The notes under the pieces are model-generated. The model was given only the letters and a program-made list of their open reading frames with translations. It did not search any database and was not told where the DNA came from. Source: Macrostomum lignano (Eukaryota). Taken from it: a stretch of DNA of 64,000 nucleotides. The stretch is taken from contig NIVC01001112.1 in assembly GCA_002269645.1 (NCBI GenBank), positions 185,640 to 249,639 on the forward strand, read 5' to 3'. Within the stretch, counting starts at the first letter, position 1, and the number at the start of each line of letters is the position of its first letter. Both the position numbers and the translations under genes were made by a program. Shown here in pieces: positions 23,931 to 36,799 of the stretch.

Positions 23931-24261
23931 GGTTGTGTGCACCCTGGCGCAATTTAAGCGTCATTGGCACACAACCGGCGAGAGGCATTACTGCCCATTC
24001 CGCCGACTCCCCTGAGCAGGCATACAAGCGCGCGGATACGTTACGCAGGCACACACTCACACAGGAGTGTACAGCGGCCCTAACTTTATCAATTGATAGG
24101 CATGTACACTTCACTGCGCCTTGGGGGGTTGGCTCTCAAGGCCGTTAATTGCACAAGCGAGCCAAGCCAAGATTCCAATCCAGCCCCAAATTAATGTGGC
24201 TGCACTTGGAATCGAGCCTGGGTCGCGGCACACCAGAGCAGCTGCGCTACCGCTGGGCTAC
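23931..24261 (-). mobile_element. tRNA-derived SINE, family A, copy 2
   Basis: High similarity to 1-291; A/B boxes lie at the right end on the minus strand. Confidence 0.8.
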
Positions 24262-27200
24262 GGAACCCCTTGGGTTGAATGGATATTAGAAATGGCGGTT
24301 TGTCGTAGCTGGGAATCAAGCCAACACAACTACATGTCTGTCAACAGGAAGCCAAAACTACGTACACCCTGTGTGTGTGCACGCCTCCGTACGTAGAGCA
24401 TGTATTCATGTATACTGAACAACATTAAAAAGTCGTCACCTTTGAGAGAGCGCAGTAAATTCCAGCTCAGTATTGACTTTTGAGTAACGCAACTTGCGCC
24501 ACGCGACGCAGTGTTGGGCTGGGTGAGGAGGAATTGGGAAGGCGGAGGGCGAAGATTGGATGGATTGAAGCTTCCGCCCGGTTGTCATTGTTTTTTTTCA
24601 AGCATTTTTTAATATCAAAATGGTTGGCCAGGTGATAGACGTTGGTCTAAAGACACTGCTCACTGGGGCAAAGGGTGGCGACTTTTCAATGTTGCTGAGC
24701 ATATCTACGGGGCAAAACCAAATTTGTAATCAGCCTGTACGAGAGCTACTCCTTATGTAGGCATCAAAGCAGTGGCTATCACCTTACTTTCTGTACAAGA
24801 GCTTTAAGTACAAATTGACATGAAATTTCCATTTAGAAATTGTTTCAATCAATGAAGAATATGCAAATCGGTCCATCATCATCGATGATAAAATATCATG
24901 TAATATAATTGATGAGTTTCGGCCTTTTCGGCCCCTTTCGGGAAGCCTTCGGGCCTCAGGTCTCAGAAATAAATCAATATTAGAGTCCTGGCCCCCCACT
25001 CCTGTCAGATGGTCAGCCCCATGGTAGCTTGATCTTGTGGTGAGCAGTCTAGGTCCTATAGCTAAGAGAGGGACAGCAAGAGACAAGCAGGGAGAATTTT
25101 GAAGGTAGAGATAAGCTAATCCGCAGATTAACTTACCCCCTGCCACCAGCCCGTGCGTCCTGGCTCACCAAACCGGAACTTTCGAAATCGGGCTTCTGAC
25201 TAGAGGGGGCTTAGCACTTACCTGCCAACTAGTGTCTTTTTGCTGTCAATCTCGAAGTCATAGCCGATGTTAAGGGACACTGCTGGGACTCGATCGCATT
25301 GGCCATGCAGGTACAGAGGGGACTTGTGCAGGGGATTCTTGCAGTGGCGAGTCTATGGGGTACTACATGTACTATTACATTGATAAATACGAGGAGTTGT
25401 ACTTTTGGCCTTCAACGCGCCAACTAGCCTCTCGTAGCGCTGATGATAGGCTAACTCGAACTTCGGAGACCGCATGATTCATTACCAGAGCCGCTTTGCA
25501 AACCTAGAGTGCACAGAGTACATCTCTAGCGCCGATTTTGCACTATTGGCAATTTTGCTCACTGATTTGATAGATTGATCGACTGAGAACCGCTTTGCCA
25601 TTGGTCCACTGTAACCGGCGCCTACTAGCTTAGCTACTCATCTGAGCCATCGGTGAACAAAGAAATAAAACCGTTAAAAATAACTGTCAGATTTAACCTT
25701 CTCCTTAAATCACTTCACACTTCAGATTGAATTGGAGCTTCGGACTACTAGCAGTATTATTGAATGATTTCTGCCTCAATAACAGCACTACTGAACAAAA
25801 TGAGCAAAAGTGTGCGCCTAATCCAGCTACTGAAATAGGGGACAGGTAAGGAATCACCCAATCAAGCAAGTCTAGGTAGCCTCTCACCCAACCAATCAGA
25901 AACTCAACAGCCGGAGACCAGGTAATCCACAGTGATCGAATCGGCTTAGTGCTTCGCAGCTGTAGGCCCAGGATGATGCCGATGTCACAATCTTCGCAGA
26001 TAGCTAGTAGGTGATGATCTTAACCTTGATGTTCGCTGCTGACGACCGGGGGGACTCGTCCTTGATGATGATGGGGGGAGTCGCGATCCGGGGATCAAGA
26101 GACGACGGTCGAGCTCCGGGAGGTCTAAGTTAGGCCAAAGTCCCAGGAGGCGGAGCAAGAGGTTGAGTCCGAGCGGGCCAAAAACACCGGTTTAAATAGC
26201 CGCCAACTGGACCGCAATTTGTTATAATGGAACACCTCGACGCTGATTGGCTGAGCCGATTTGTTATAACGCACGTCAAATTTTCTGATTGGCTGAGCTT
26301 GTTGCCACCCAAACTCACGTGACCAGAAGATCCGATCAGTTCCCTCGGGGCCATAAAAATACAACAGGTGCGGTCATACATCACTCAAAATCGCTACATA
26401 ATGATTTATGACCTTTCGCGTAGGAATGACAAAAATTAATGAAAAAATATACATTAGAAAGCTCTTATTAAGTAGAAAGTGAAGATAATGAAGAGAAATC
26501 GCTAATCGCTAATCCCAACGTACTTTTAGGGGTAAAACGCATAGCTGTCAAAGCTGTCACACGCTTGAGTGAACACGAACAATAGGCCCTGACCTCATAA
26601 ATCTTGATGGCCTGTCAAAATGAGAAAAAAGCTACCGCCCGCATCCTCTCAGACCATCTGGCGCCAGTCTCAGCATTGAGTGAGGCGCAGGTGGCTGTCA
26701 GGCAATCAGCAATGATTTATGACCCAAAAGCCGCACCTATGTTATTATAACTTGTTAGTAGGCTAGTAAGTTTGGAGCCCATGTGCGAGCGTGAAGTTTG
26801 GAAAAAAGTGCTTCCTCATCATAATAAAATACACAGCTGCATCAGGGTCTTTGTTGTGACCGTAGGATGCACTGGTTGTGCAGGAAACTCAATTCGAAAA
26901 TCAAAGAGATGGCTAATCATCGCAGCCAGCAAAGGCTTTCTATTTGAAACCGAGGGGAGGCTGGTGCTACTACAGAATTCTGTGGGTACTACAGCAAGTG
27001 GACTTTGACAACGCGGGACTTGGAACATAGAATACAAATAGAATGCATAGAACACTTGGGCTTGAACACACACTAACAGTCTACTCACGAATTATTTCCT
27101 AGTAGTAGTGCTTGATCTAGATTCTACGAAACGTTCTTCTAAATATGCCATTGTGATATTTAATGGAGGCGTTTTATAAGCTTGAAATGTCGCATTGTCG

Positions 27201-27732
27201 AAGTCTTTCTAGTCACTTCCGCTGGCGCACAGCTTAAAGAATTCAACGATTTCAATGACCTTTTTATTTACAACAAAATCCTAAGGTGATTTTATAATTA
27301 GAGAATTTTCGTTTAGGGCTTTCAAGCAGTTTGTACGAAAGCTAATGAGTGTACATGTAGATTGAAGTTAGTTCCCTTTCTCAGCCCCGTGAACCAAGAC
27401 TTTGTTTATCCCACACTTACCTGTGGAAAAATGCTGCACTAGTATAAACCAGATCTTAGTACTGGACAAGTGTTTGGTATATGCTAATAGATCTCCTGAT
27501 TATTATGACTCCTGTGAGCCAACTATCATAGCAGTAGCTTTAGTATTTCATTCATGTCTAAGAGTCTAATTGGCTGGACGCCGAGCGCATGCTAAGTAGC
27601 GTGCTTGCGTTTTTCTGGGACTTTGGAAATAAATAAAACAGGATTCCTTTCCTAAGCCACACTGGAGCCGAGGACCGTACCATATTGTTTGACTTTTCCC
27701 GGGTTTCTCCATATCTGAACTGGCACTTGAAC

Positions 27733-28512
27733 ATGGCTTTGACCCTTAAAACTCTGCTGATTGTGTTGTGCACCTCAAGCGGCACCTTGTTGGCGTCAGC
27801 AATGGCACCAGTGTCAGCCAGCTACTCCAGCGCAACCATCGACTGCAACTCAGCTCGTCAACGATTCCGATCAGCCTCGCTAGATCACATTCTGAAGAGT
27901 CTGTTCAATGCGGACATTGCCATGGAGTCGGGAGATATGCCAAAGGCCAACGAACTGTTGCACAGCGCTAAAAAACTATTCGCGCCAGTAAACTGCTTTT
28001 ACAAAGGCTACCTAGCGGCTGATCAGGTCGTAGCATCACTACACAGCAACTTCACCCGCTGCATCGATGAGCAGACTATTGACGCCGAGCTTGCTAACGA
28101 TCGAAAATTTGTGCTTTTCTTGCGTTTGCTGCCGGACGCTAGCCTGCTGCTCCTAGAAGGAGGCGTAGTCAGAGCCGGGGAGTTCTACAACAAGACCAGA
28201 CTGGTCTGCGACCTGCACAGTCAGACTAGACAGAAGGCTTGCAGGCACAATGTCCGCACGTCTTCAAACGATTGTCAACCGTTGCAGGTTTTTCTATCAG
28301 CCAGTACCGCGGGCAACTACGTGTACAGGAAGCCGTACTTTCAGTCATCAGCGTCTGTAAGAGAAAGCAGCAGCAGTCAGACTGCCCCGGGAACGACCTA
28401 CAGGGCTGCTGGAAGAAGCGCCGCGCCTCTCGGCCTGCCGCGACCGACACTGTGGCTGCAAGCCGCCCTGGTTGCCGTTGTTGGCGCGATGTACGGCCTG
28501 AAGTCATACTGA
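27733..28512 (+). CDS. Intronless 259-aa protein of unknown family; predicted signal peptide and C-terminal GPI-signal-like hydrophobic tail
   Basis: GC-rich ORF. ATG at 27733 gives MALTLKTLLIVLCTSSGTLLASA; there is a Ser/Thr/Ala-rich stalk and the end LWLQAALVAVVGAMYGLKSY*. Confidence 0.7.
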   Translation: MALTLKTLLIVLCTSSGTLLASAMAPVSASYSSATIDCNSARQRFRSASLDHILKSLFNADIAMESGDMPKANELLHSAKKLFAPVNCFYKGYLAADQVVASLHSNFTRCIDEQTIDAELANDRKFVLFLRLLPDASLLLLEGGVVRAGEFYNKTRLVCDLHSQTRQKACRHNVRTSSNDCQPLQVFLSASTAGNYVYRKPYFQSSASVRESSSSQTAPGTTYRAAGRSAAPLGLPRPTLWLQAALVAVVGAMYGLKSY

Positions 28513-30363
28513 GTGGTAAAAACTTTGTTCCTTTTAAATTTTATAGGCTTTTAAAACAACGTTTTACTGCGGATCGTATTGAAGCTTATAGAACTCATTG
28601 ATCTTTGTAAAAATCTATCAAAACTTTTAAATTATTATTTGTAGCCCTAAATAGCTAGTTTTGTCGATTCCGATGCTAGAAAATAGCTGAAGTGACTTTT
28701 TGCTCATTAATTCAATAATTTATTCTTAATTCGATTGATTAGTCTCTTGAACCATCTTTGACTCTACCTTATATAAATTGTCACTTAATTATCAAAAGGA
28801 CAACTGGTAGTTAAATAAGCCTCGATATTGCAGCTTTTCCTCTGTAAATCAACATAAAATGCCCAGTACAGACACTCCATGGGCTAATTTAAAAAAAAAC
28901 GATAAACCAACTTTAGTTAAAGAAAACAAAAAGTCTATGGTAGCAGGTAGGGCTTCACCCTCGCACACCGTCCCTCAGTCTCAAGTGTAACTTAGTCAAG
29001 AATGTCTATGGTACAATATCATTAACGCCTAATGCCCATGCTTAAAGGCCGGATCGATGGAAAATCAGTACGCGTCGTGATATAAAACTTGACATAACAG
29101 TCAAGGCATAACAAGGCATTATTATTCTTATAATAATTGTTATGCGAGGGTTTACTCCTGATTCGCCATACTTCTGTGTATGAATAAACAACTATAGACT
29201 AGCCCTTGATACGTCGTACATAGCTAGTTCATAAGCAAGTCTTCTGCTGTAAAATATCCACATTAAAGTTTCCTAATTAAGCAATAATTACATTTTTACT
29301 TATATTGCTTTAATGCTTAGGCTGTGGCGGCTTGCTTTTGAAATGCGATTCCTGCCCTTGGCTTCCATGTAATAAGCACCAATTTCTCAGTAATTATATT
29401 CGGCTATAGTTTCTAATCGAGAATGCTGATTATTAATATTAAAAAATATAAATGCTAGAAAATGCAAAAAAAATTACTGCATCACGAAAATATCGCAGCG
29501 CTGGATTTACTTATACAACAATTACATATTTATGGCTTGTATTTTATGACTACTTTGTTTAACTGAAGTTCCGTCTCGGCACACTGCTGGATGCTAGCGC
29601 CGTCTCTGACCAGCAGATATTTGCACTTGGCAGCCACTGAAGGCGAATATGATCGAAATCTTATCAAGCGTAGAGCTAACTTATAATTGTCATGCGTAGC
29701 ATTGTAGCAGAGGCTCGATTTGTCTTTGTGAGCACCACCCACTGCCGCTCCCCTGGAGGCAAAGCAGGAGCAGGTGCAGCATGGCTTCTACTGAGCCGAC
29801 AGCCGAACAGTGAAGAGGGCGACTATTTTTAAAATTCTATTGAATGCCCAGCCGAGAGAAGCTCTCGCTGTGAAGCCAGACTAATTTTGAGCATATCTAG
29901 CTCGTACTTGAGCACATATTCTGTACTTACTACGCCCAGTCTAAGTCAAGTACTCAGGCACTGTAGCAACAAGTCAGATAGGGGGATCGATCCCATCTCA
30001 GTAGCATTGACCAGTGAGCAAAGTTTTGAATATGGTGATATAAGAATGGACTAATAGCCATAGCCATATCGTAGCTGTACTCGTATTCTAGAAAGAGAGA
30101 TTTTCAACTGTCAATCAAAATCTTCGTTGCCTGCTTTTTATTAGCCCGTTGAAGCATTTCATTAAACAATCAAATTAACTCGTATTTGTCGAGCAACGTT
30201 TACTGACGAGCGTACCCGGACAGCAATCCGACGGATAACGACGTGACGTCGGTTGAACGTATGCGCAATTTAAAAGTACATATTTGGCATAGACGTCAAT
30301 AGTGTAATTTATTTGATTCCGTTTCTATTAGTTCCTCCTGGATAAGCTAATACACTAGCTGAG

Positions 30364-33300
30364 TTAGCGGGCAAAGTCGAATCTGCTTTTGAAAGTAATA
30401 TTGTGCGCATTGATTGGCTGCTCATTGTCATACAGCGCTGGAGCCTGAAGGAGCATCCCTGCTGAGCCTGAAAAGGTGTAATATTTAGTTAGTTTTTTTC
30501 TAGTGGAGCCACAAAATGCTAAAAAAGCTGTGAAAGACAAATAAAATGAGTTTGTTCGACTGCTCACTTACCAAGGACAAAAACAATAGAAAATATTGTG
30601 AAAAACAGACGATCCAAGACACTTGTTACAAATTTCCAGTCGTCAATGACCTAAAAAGTCATTAGTTGAAAAATAAATTTATCAGATTTAAGTTTCAAAC
30701 GTCTTTTGACCGACACAAGCGGCTTTATAACAGCTTAAACAACTCATTGTAAAGTTACGGGTGTGTAACGTAAACTGTAGAGTATGTCGTATCAAAGTCA
30801 ATTAAACAGTCGTCGATCGTTCTACTAAACGCTTAACTTGCTACTAATAACATTAGGCTATTTAGTTTTTATAAGTCGTATAAACAGTCATGTCACGGTA
30901 TTAAAGCTGGAAGGCCCTCTCAAAATATTGAATACCTCCCTAGCGCCTCTATGTCGGAAGTGATTCTGTGGGTCGCTTTTTTATCAGGAAAACATCATCA
31001 TTGGGTTAATTGCTCCAGGATTCGAGGTCATACCTCTTTGTCAGCCATATCGTCTCGCATGTGCTTGGCGATATACTGCGCCCCGGCAACGGCGTCTTTG
31101 ATAGCCCGCCTCACTGTCGGATGGCTTGCCGAATCGACATTCGTCCCGGCGTGGTGCATCGAAGCCGACCCGGCAGTAGCAGCGAACTCTGGTCGGAGCT
31201 TCCAGCAGGACTCGCCAGCCGGATGATCGTCTTGGCTGTAACCGTCGGCTAAATCAGCGCCGCTGGCATTCTCAGCGCGCAGCAGCGAGTCCAAGTCCTT
31301 CGTCATTCGACGTCTCAAGAAAGCTTCACGATCGGCAGATGCGTCGTCGGCTCTGCTGATGCCGGCAAGGCCGAATCGACGATGCTGCAGCGGCGAATGC
31401 TGATTGGGGGCCGCGGCGGCGGCGGCTGCTGCTGATGATGATGGACGAAGAAGTCGCCAGCTGGCGGAGTCGCTGTTGTCACCGCTGTCTCCAAAGACGG
31501 CGTTTAAGGGGACGGATGTCACTGCGGCGGCTGATGCAGCAGACTTTGGAGATGATTTTTTGTCATTTTCGTCATCTGACTTCTGAAATAATCATGCAGT
31601 ATGTGATTAGAGTTGCCTTTTACACGTAAACACTGCCGGTTCAGTCAGTGCACTTTGTAAGGCGGGGGGCTGGGGAAACAGAGAGAAATGCCTCAGCTTC
31701 TAAGTTTGACTCTAGGCCCAACTAAGCATTTAAAGCCATAAAGCTGGCTTCTTCCACTGCAACGGATGGGCACCCCGAAACATAATTACTAAAACCTGGC
31801 TGTCGCCGCCTTTGGTGCTAAAGCCACTTGGTGCTAAAGCCACTTGGTGCTAAAGCCACTTGGTGCTAAAGCCACTTGGTGCTAAAGCCACTTGGTGCTA
31901 AAGCTACTTGGTGCTAAAGCCACTTGGTGCTAAAGCCTCCTCGATGGCGTCTCTTACGACGGTGCCCCAAGATGGCGCCCCTCGCTGTCGCCCCGCACTG
32001 GTAAACTTCAAGGATGCCTCCTCACTAAAAAATCCTGGCTTCGCCGCTGTCTACTGAACTTGCCCTTTGTCACCTCAACCACCGTGTCCATCCAAAGCGA
32101 TATTTTACTCACAATTCCATCAAATCGAGTCGTATTTGGCCGATTAATGAGCAAGATTTTAGGCAGCAAAGTAAGAAATATCCACTTCGTCATTGGCGAC
32201 ATTCGATGCGTGGCGGGAGTTCGTTCGTTAAAGTTCATCTCAATAACGGTGATAACGATTGAGAGCATGACAAGTACGAGAGTGAACAGCAGGTACTTGC
32301 CAATCAGCGGTACAACTAGCGATGTAGGCGGGATGGATTCTGCCAGCACTAAAAAGAAGAAGGTCACGGCAATGAGGATGGAGATGCTGAGCGTGTTTTT
32401 CTCTCCACTATCGCCTGGCAGGTAGAATACAAACAGAGACAAGAAGCTGATTGCCACGCAGGGAAATATAAGATTAATCAAGTAGAACATGGTCTTTCGG
32501 CGTATGACAATGGTGAAGGTGATGTCTGGGTAGGGCTCAGGGCAGCAGGGATAGGTCTTCAGGTTGCGCTCGGCTGGAACATGTAGCAAATCCCATTCTG
32601 TGGAGTCGATTAGTCCGTCGATGTTGATGCCGTACTCAACCACGGGTGACGAATCGTTGGTCTGCGACACGTGTCGAAGGTCAACCTGAATTGAAGGAAG
32701 AGGACTAAAGTACATTTAAGCAAAGTACATTTCCAGTCCAAATGTACTGTGGAAAAAGTACATTTGAGATACTGAAAGAATTAAAAGAATATTGCATTGG
32801 TATTGCCGTTTAGTTTGCTTTGAAGACTCTAAAGACTACAGAAGCCTAGTAGGGGTTGCAGTCTAGTGGTTAGAGCGTCCAACTCACGACTGAAAGGTTG
32901 GGGGTTCGATTCTCGACCCACTCGAAATAATTTGCGTCCTTGAGCAAGACACTTAACTCTGCATTGCTTCAGTTCACCCAGCTGTAAAATGGGTGCCAGC
33001 ATTAGCTGGGATAATTGAGGGTGTGTGAAAAGCTTTATTCTGTATCTCTAATAAAGTCTCCAAAACTAAGTCAACTCACCTGAAGTCCATCGTAGGTCCA
33101 GCTTCCGAACTTCATCGCGCAGCGCTGCTTGTCAAATGGAAAAAACTCCACGTCAATTTGACAGGAGGATTTGAATATTGCCGGCGGTTCCCACACAACT
33201 ATGCCACTGCTGTACAGCAGAGCCTTTGTTCCTTTGTTCACTTCGTAGTTGCCATCGGCACTGAAGGGTAATTTGATAGGGTGTGGTAGTTGGATTAAAA

Positions 33301-36207
33301 ATGAAGTCCCCGTGCGTATCAAAGTTAAAGTACTCAGTTAAAATGGTATATTTTACAGTAAGCAAGCGTCAGAGCTATTGATTAAGCAGCATAGCTTATG
33401 GATCTTATACCAAGCTATATCGGTTAAACATTAAAAGTCTAATTTGACCTTTCTGGATAAATTGTCTTAGACGATATGTAGCGTTAAACGGTTTGTAAAG
33501 GGAAATTTTTGCGCAACACATATTTTGGAAGGTTAGACTCTGTGTAGTTTACAACCAACTCAAACCGAACGCTAAGTTTTGTTAAAATCTGTCGCGCACT
33601 TATTAAACAGGACTACGTCAGGCTGCCAAATATCTGATGGCGGAATTCTAAACTGCGTTATCTGGCCGTAGTCTTTCGGGTTCCAGCGCAGTCTTGGCTC
33701 GTTCCAGATCTGAAAAGGATGTCGCGTTTCGGAGTAATATGCGATTCTTTTCCATGCCTTCATCGAGTTGAACTCGTTTGACTTCTCAAGCATCGGGATG
33801 ACTAACGATATCTTCGATTAGTGAACTGTGAGTTGCATTGTACAGCATTTTCTACATAAACTATAATCAAATTTTGACGCAAGTTGACCAAGTTTTTAGT
33901 AAACAGTTATCCAAAAAATATATACTTTTGCGTTGAATTTTGCTTAAATCATGGTTTTAGAAAGCTTTGACAATACAAATCCTACCTTTTGAACCCAGAC
34001 GTTAGTAGTCATAATTTGATTTTTTTCGTCCTGAAATGCATGAAAGGAAAAACGGGGTGCACAAAACTTAATAAAAAGATTTGAGTTCTAACGTGGAGTT
34101 GAGGCGGCTTTAGTCAGGATTTTAAAGTTACGTATTGAGGGAAAATATCATGCCATTAGCACCAAGGGCGCCAGCACCAGGGGCGCCAGAACCAGGGGCG
34201 CCAGCACCAAGGGCGCCAGCACCAGGGGCGCCAAAGCTACTACAAAGGGTGCCAAATACTTTTATAACAAAGTGAGGGTCGTAGCCCTTCTTGTTCTCCC
34301 TGGCTACGCCCCTTCGCACTTCAACTATGACTCACAATGTCAATTAGCTGGCCCAGTTTCAAGCTTAAGTACACTGTCAGCGTATCCGAATGGTTGTTTA
34401 CTGGCCTGATTAAACCATTGTAGTCGCGTTTCACAAGCACGTCTTCGTAGAGGCGTTTAGCATCGGGATTGGCGCTGATGGAACCTGCAAAATGTTTTTT
34501 CCTAAACAAGCTAAAAACATGAGCAATTCTTTCGGTCTCACTTGGCATAATGTATCCGATTCAGCTTTTTTGCACAAAGTGCATTCGTTGAATAATAAAA
34601 TACCTTTTATCAACATTTAGAACAATACTTCAGATAAACACTGTCTTTGTTTTAAGCTTGGAGACGTTAATATGATCATTTTATTTCACTTCTGTGTTGT
34701 ATTGCTCTTTATTGAGCACATAAATTCGTTTATCAGTGAGTTCATGAGTGAGTTCATGAGTGAGTTCATGAGTGAGTTCATGAGTGAGTTCATGGGTGAG
34801 TTCATGAGTGAGTTCATGAGTGAGTTCATGAGTGAGTTCATGAGTGAGTTCATGAGTGAGTTCATGAGTGAGTTCATGAGTGAGTTCATGAGTGAGTTCA
34901 TGAGTGAGTTCATGAGTGAGTTCATGAGTGAGTTCATAAGTGAGTTCATGGTGAGTTCATGAGTGAGTTCATGAGTGAGTTCATGAGTGAGTTCATGGTG
35001 AGTTCATGAGTGAGTTCATGAGTGAGTTCATGAGTGAGTTCATGAGTGAGTTCATGAGTGAGTTCATGAGTGAGTTCATGAGTGAGTTCATGAGTGAGTT
35101 CATGAGTGAGTTCATGAGTGAGTTCATGAGTGAGTTCATGGGTGAGTTCATGAGTGAGTTCATGAGTGAGTTCATGAGTGAGTTCATGAGTGAGTTCATG
35201 AGTAAGTTCATGAGTGAATTCATGTGTGAGTTTATGAGTGAGTTCATGAGTGAGTTCATGAGTGATCGTTCATGAGTGAGTTCATGAGTGAGTTCATGAG
35301 TGAGTTCATGAGTGAGTTTATGAGTGAGTTCATGAGTGAGTTCATGAGTGAGTTCATGAGTGAGTTCATGAGTGAGTAAATAAGTGAGTGAGTTCATGAG
35401 TGAGTGAGTGAGTGAGTGAGTGAGTGAGTGAGTGAGTGAGTGAGTGAGTGAGTTCATGAGTGAGTTCATGAGTGAGTTCATGAGTGAGTTCATGAGTGAG
35501 TTCATGAGTGAGTGAATGAGTGAGTGAGTTCATGAGTGAGTGAGTGAGTGAGTGAGTGAGTGAGTGAGTGAGTGAGTTCATGAGTGAGTTCATGAGTGAG
35601 TTTATGAGTGAGTTCATGAGTGAGTTCATGAGTGAGTTCATGAGTGAGTTCATGAGTGAGTAAATAAGTGAGTGAGTTCATGAGTGAGTGAGTGAGTGAG
35701 TGAGTGAGTGAGTGAGTGAGTGAGTGAGTGAGTTCATGAGTGAGTTCATGAGTGAGTTCATGAGTGAGTTCATGAGTGAGTTCATGAGTGAGTGAATGAG
35801 TGAGTGAGTTCATGAGTGAGTGAGTGAGTGAGTGAGTGAGTGAGTGAGTGAGTGAGTGAGTTCATGAATGAGTTTATGAGTGATTTCATGCGTGAGTTCA
35901 TGAGTGAGTTCATAAGTGAGTTCATGAGTGAGTTCATGCGTGAGTTAATGAGTGAGTTCAAGAGCGAATTAATGAGTGAGTTCATGAGTGAGTTCATGAG
36001 AAAGTTCACTTTAAAACAAAAACAAATTTGAGTCAATGGCTGAAATTTTGAATTGATATACCGGTAGTTTACTCAATAATAACTATTTAAAAAACTCATA
36101 TTAACATCTTGAACAGCCGGAAGTATGTGCGCAATTTTCAAATAGGCATTGGTTGACTCACCGAGTAACAGAGAGATAATTATGAGGCACCAATGACAGT
36201 GGCGCAT
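30364..36207 (-). CDS. Nicotinic acetylcholine receptor alpha-type subunit (cation-selective), 9 exons
   Basis: Exons (minus): 36207-36162 (signal [15 protein letters not shown]), 34484-34336, 34030-33986 ([15 protein letters not shown]), 33709-33600, 33260-33080 (Cys-loop [15 protein letters not shown]), 32685-32113 (loop [11 protein letters not shown]1-3), 31582-31034 (cytoplasmic loop), 30650-30572 (DDWKFV, TM4), 30467-30364. All junctions are GT-AG and in phase. Confidence 0.93.
31811..31936. repeat. 16-bp (TTGGTGCTAAAGCCAC) x~8, intronic
   Basis: Directly visible. Confidence 0.93.
32852..33027 (+). mobile_element. tRNA-derived SINE, family B (CORE-like central domain), 3'-truncated, intronic
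   Basis: A box TCTAGTGG and B box GGTTCGATTCTC, then GTCCTTGAGCAAGACACTTAACTCT...CAGCTGTAAAATGGG resembling the CORE-SINE domain. A second copy is at 46681-47018. Confidence 0.8.
34159..34233. repeat. 15-bp (GCACCARGGGCGCCA) x5, intronic
   Basis: Directly visible. Confidence 0.85.
34733..36000. repeat. 12-bp (GAGTGAGTTCAT)n mixed with (GAGT)n, in intron 1 of the alpha nAChR
   Basis: Directly visible, with an internal ~285-bp block duplication (GAGTAAATAAG marker at ~35374 and ~35658). It is the source of ORFs 34672-36036. Confidence 0.96.
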
Positions 36208-36799
36208 TTTATTAATCAGATTGGTATGGCTAGTTCTAACTGAGTTCTATCGCTAAATCTTATCTCTGAACGAAATCTTTGAATAGCAGGTTTGACAGCT
36301 CAGTTGAAGCAGAAAACTCTCTCTTCTGTAGTTGTATAAAACATGCCACGAGACAGGTTGGTCTGCCGCAGATGCTTGCTCTTCGCGCACCTGTCTGCCC
36401 CCTGGCAACTACTCTTTCTATCCACGGTTTTTCTAAGAACGGGCATGTGTGTACAAATTGCGTATTAGAGGGCTTTGTACATTAGACACGAAGCTCTACG
36501 TAGTTGTATGTAAAGCGTTCGAAGTATTTTCGTGCGCAGAGAATGCCGATATGTCTCTCTGCGCGTCTCTTCTCTCGCGTACGATTAAGACCCTCCTCAC
36601 AAGCATTTGTTTGCACTGCACAAACCAATGAGAATAAAAGTAAACTGGCGTCAGTTCTATCTTAGCTACTTGCCATAGTCCACTCTGGCAACTTTCAGGC
36701 CAGAAAGAGACTCAACTTGCTTCTGAAGTGAAGAAGAGGACAGAAGCCATTTGTTCGGTAGGTTACTTCTACTAGGACTAAATTTATCCTAAACAGGCA

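Noticed and set aside
25120-25420. Minus-strand GTAAGT donors and a short frame (LNIGYDFEIDSKK) faintly like a retroelement RT
   Set aside because: The implied intron would be only ~26 nt, frames are interrupted by stops, and the similarity is too weak to call without a search.
32852-32925. Possible tRNA gene (Val-like loop CTCACGA)
   Set aside because: The anticodon and acceptor stems pair poorly and the sequence continues into a SINE body with a second copy, so it is treated as a SINE head.
34672-36036. SEFM / NSLM / THEL repeat ORFs
   Set aside because: They are translations of the 12-bp and 4-bp array in nAChR intron 1.
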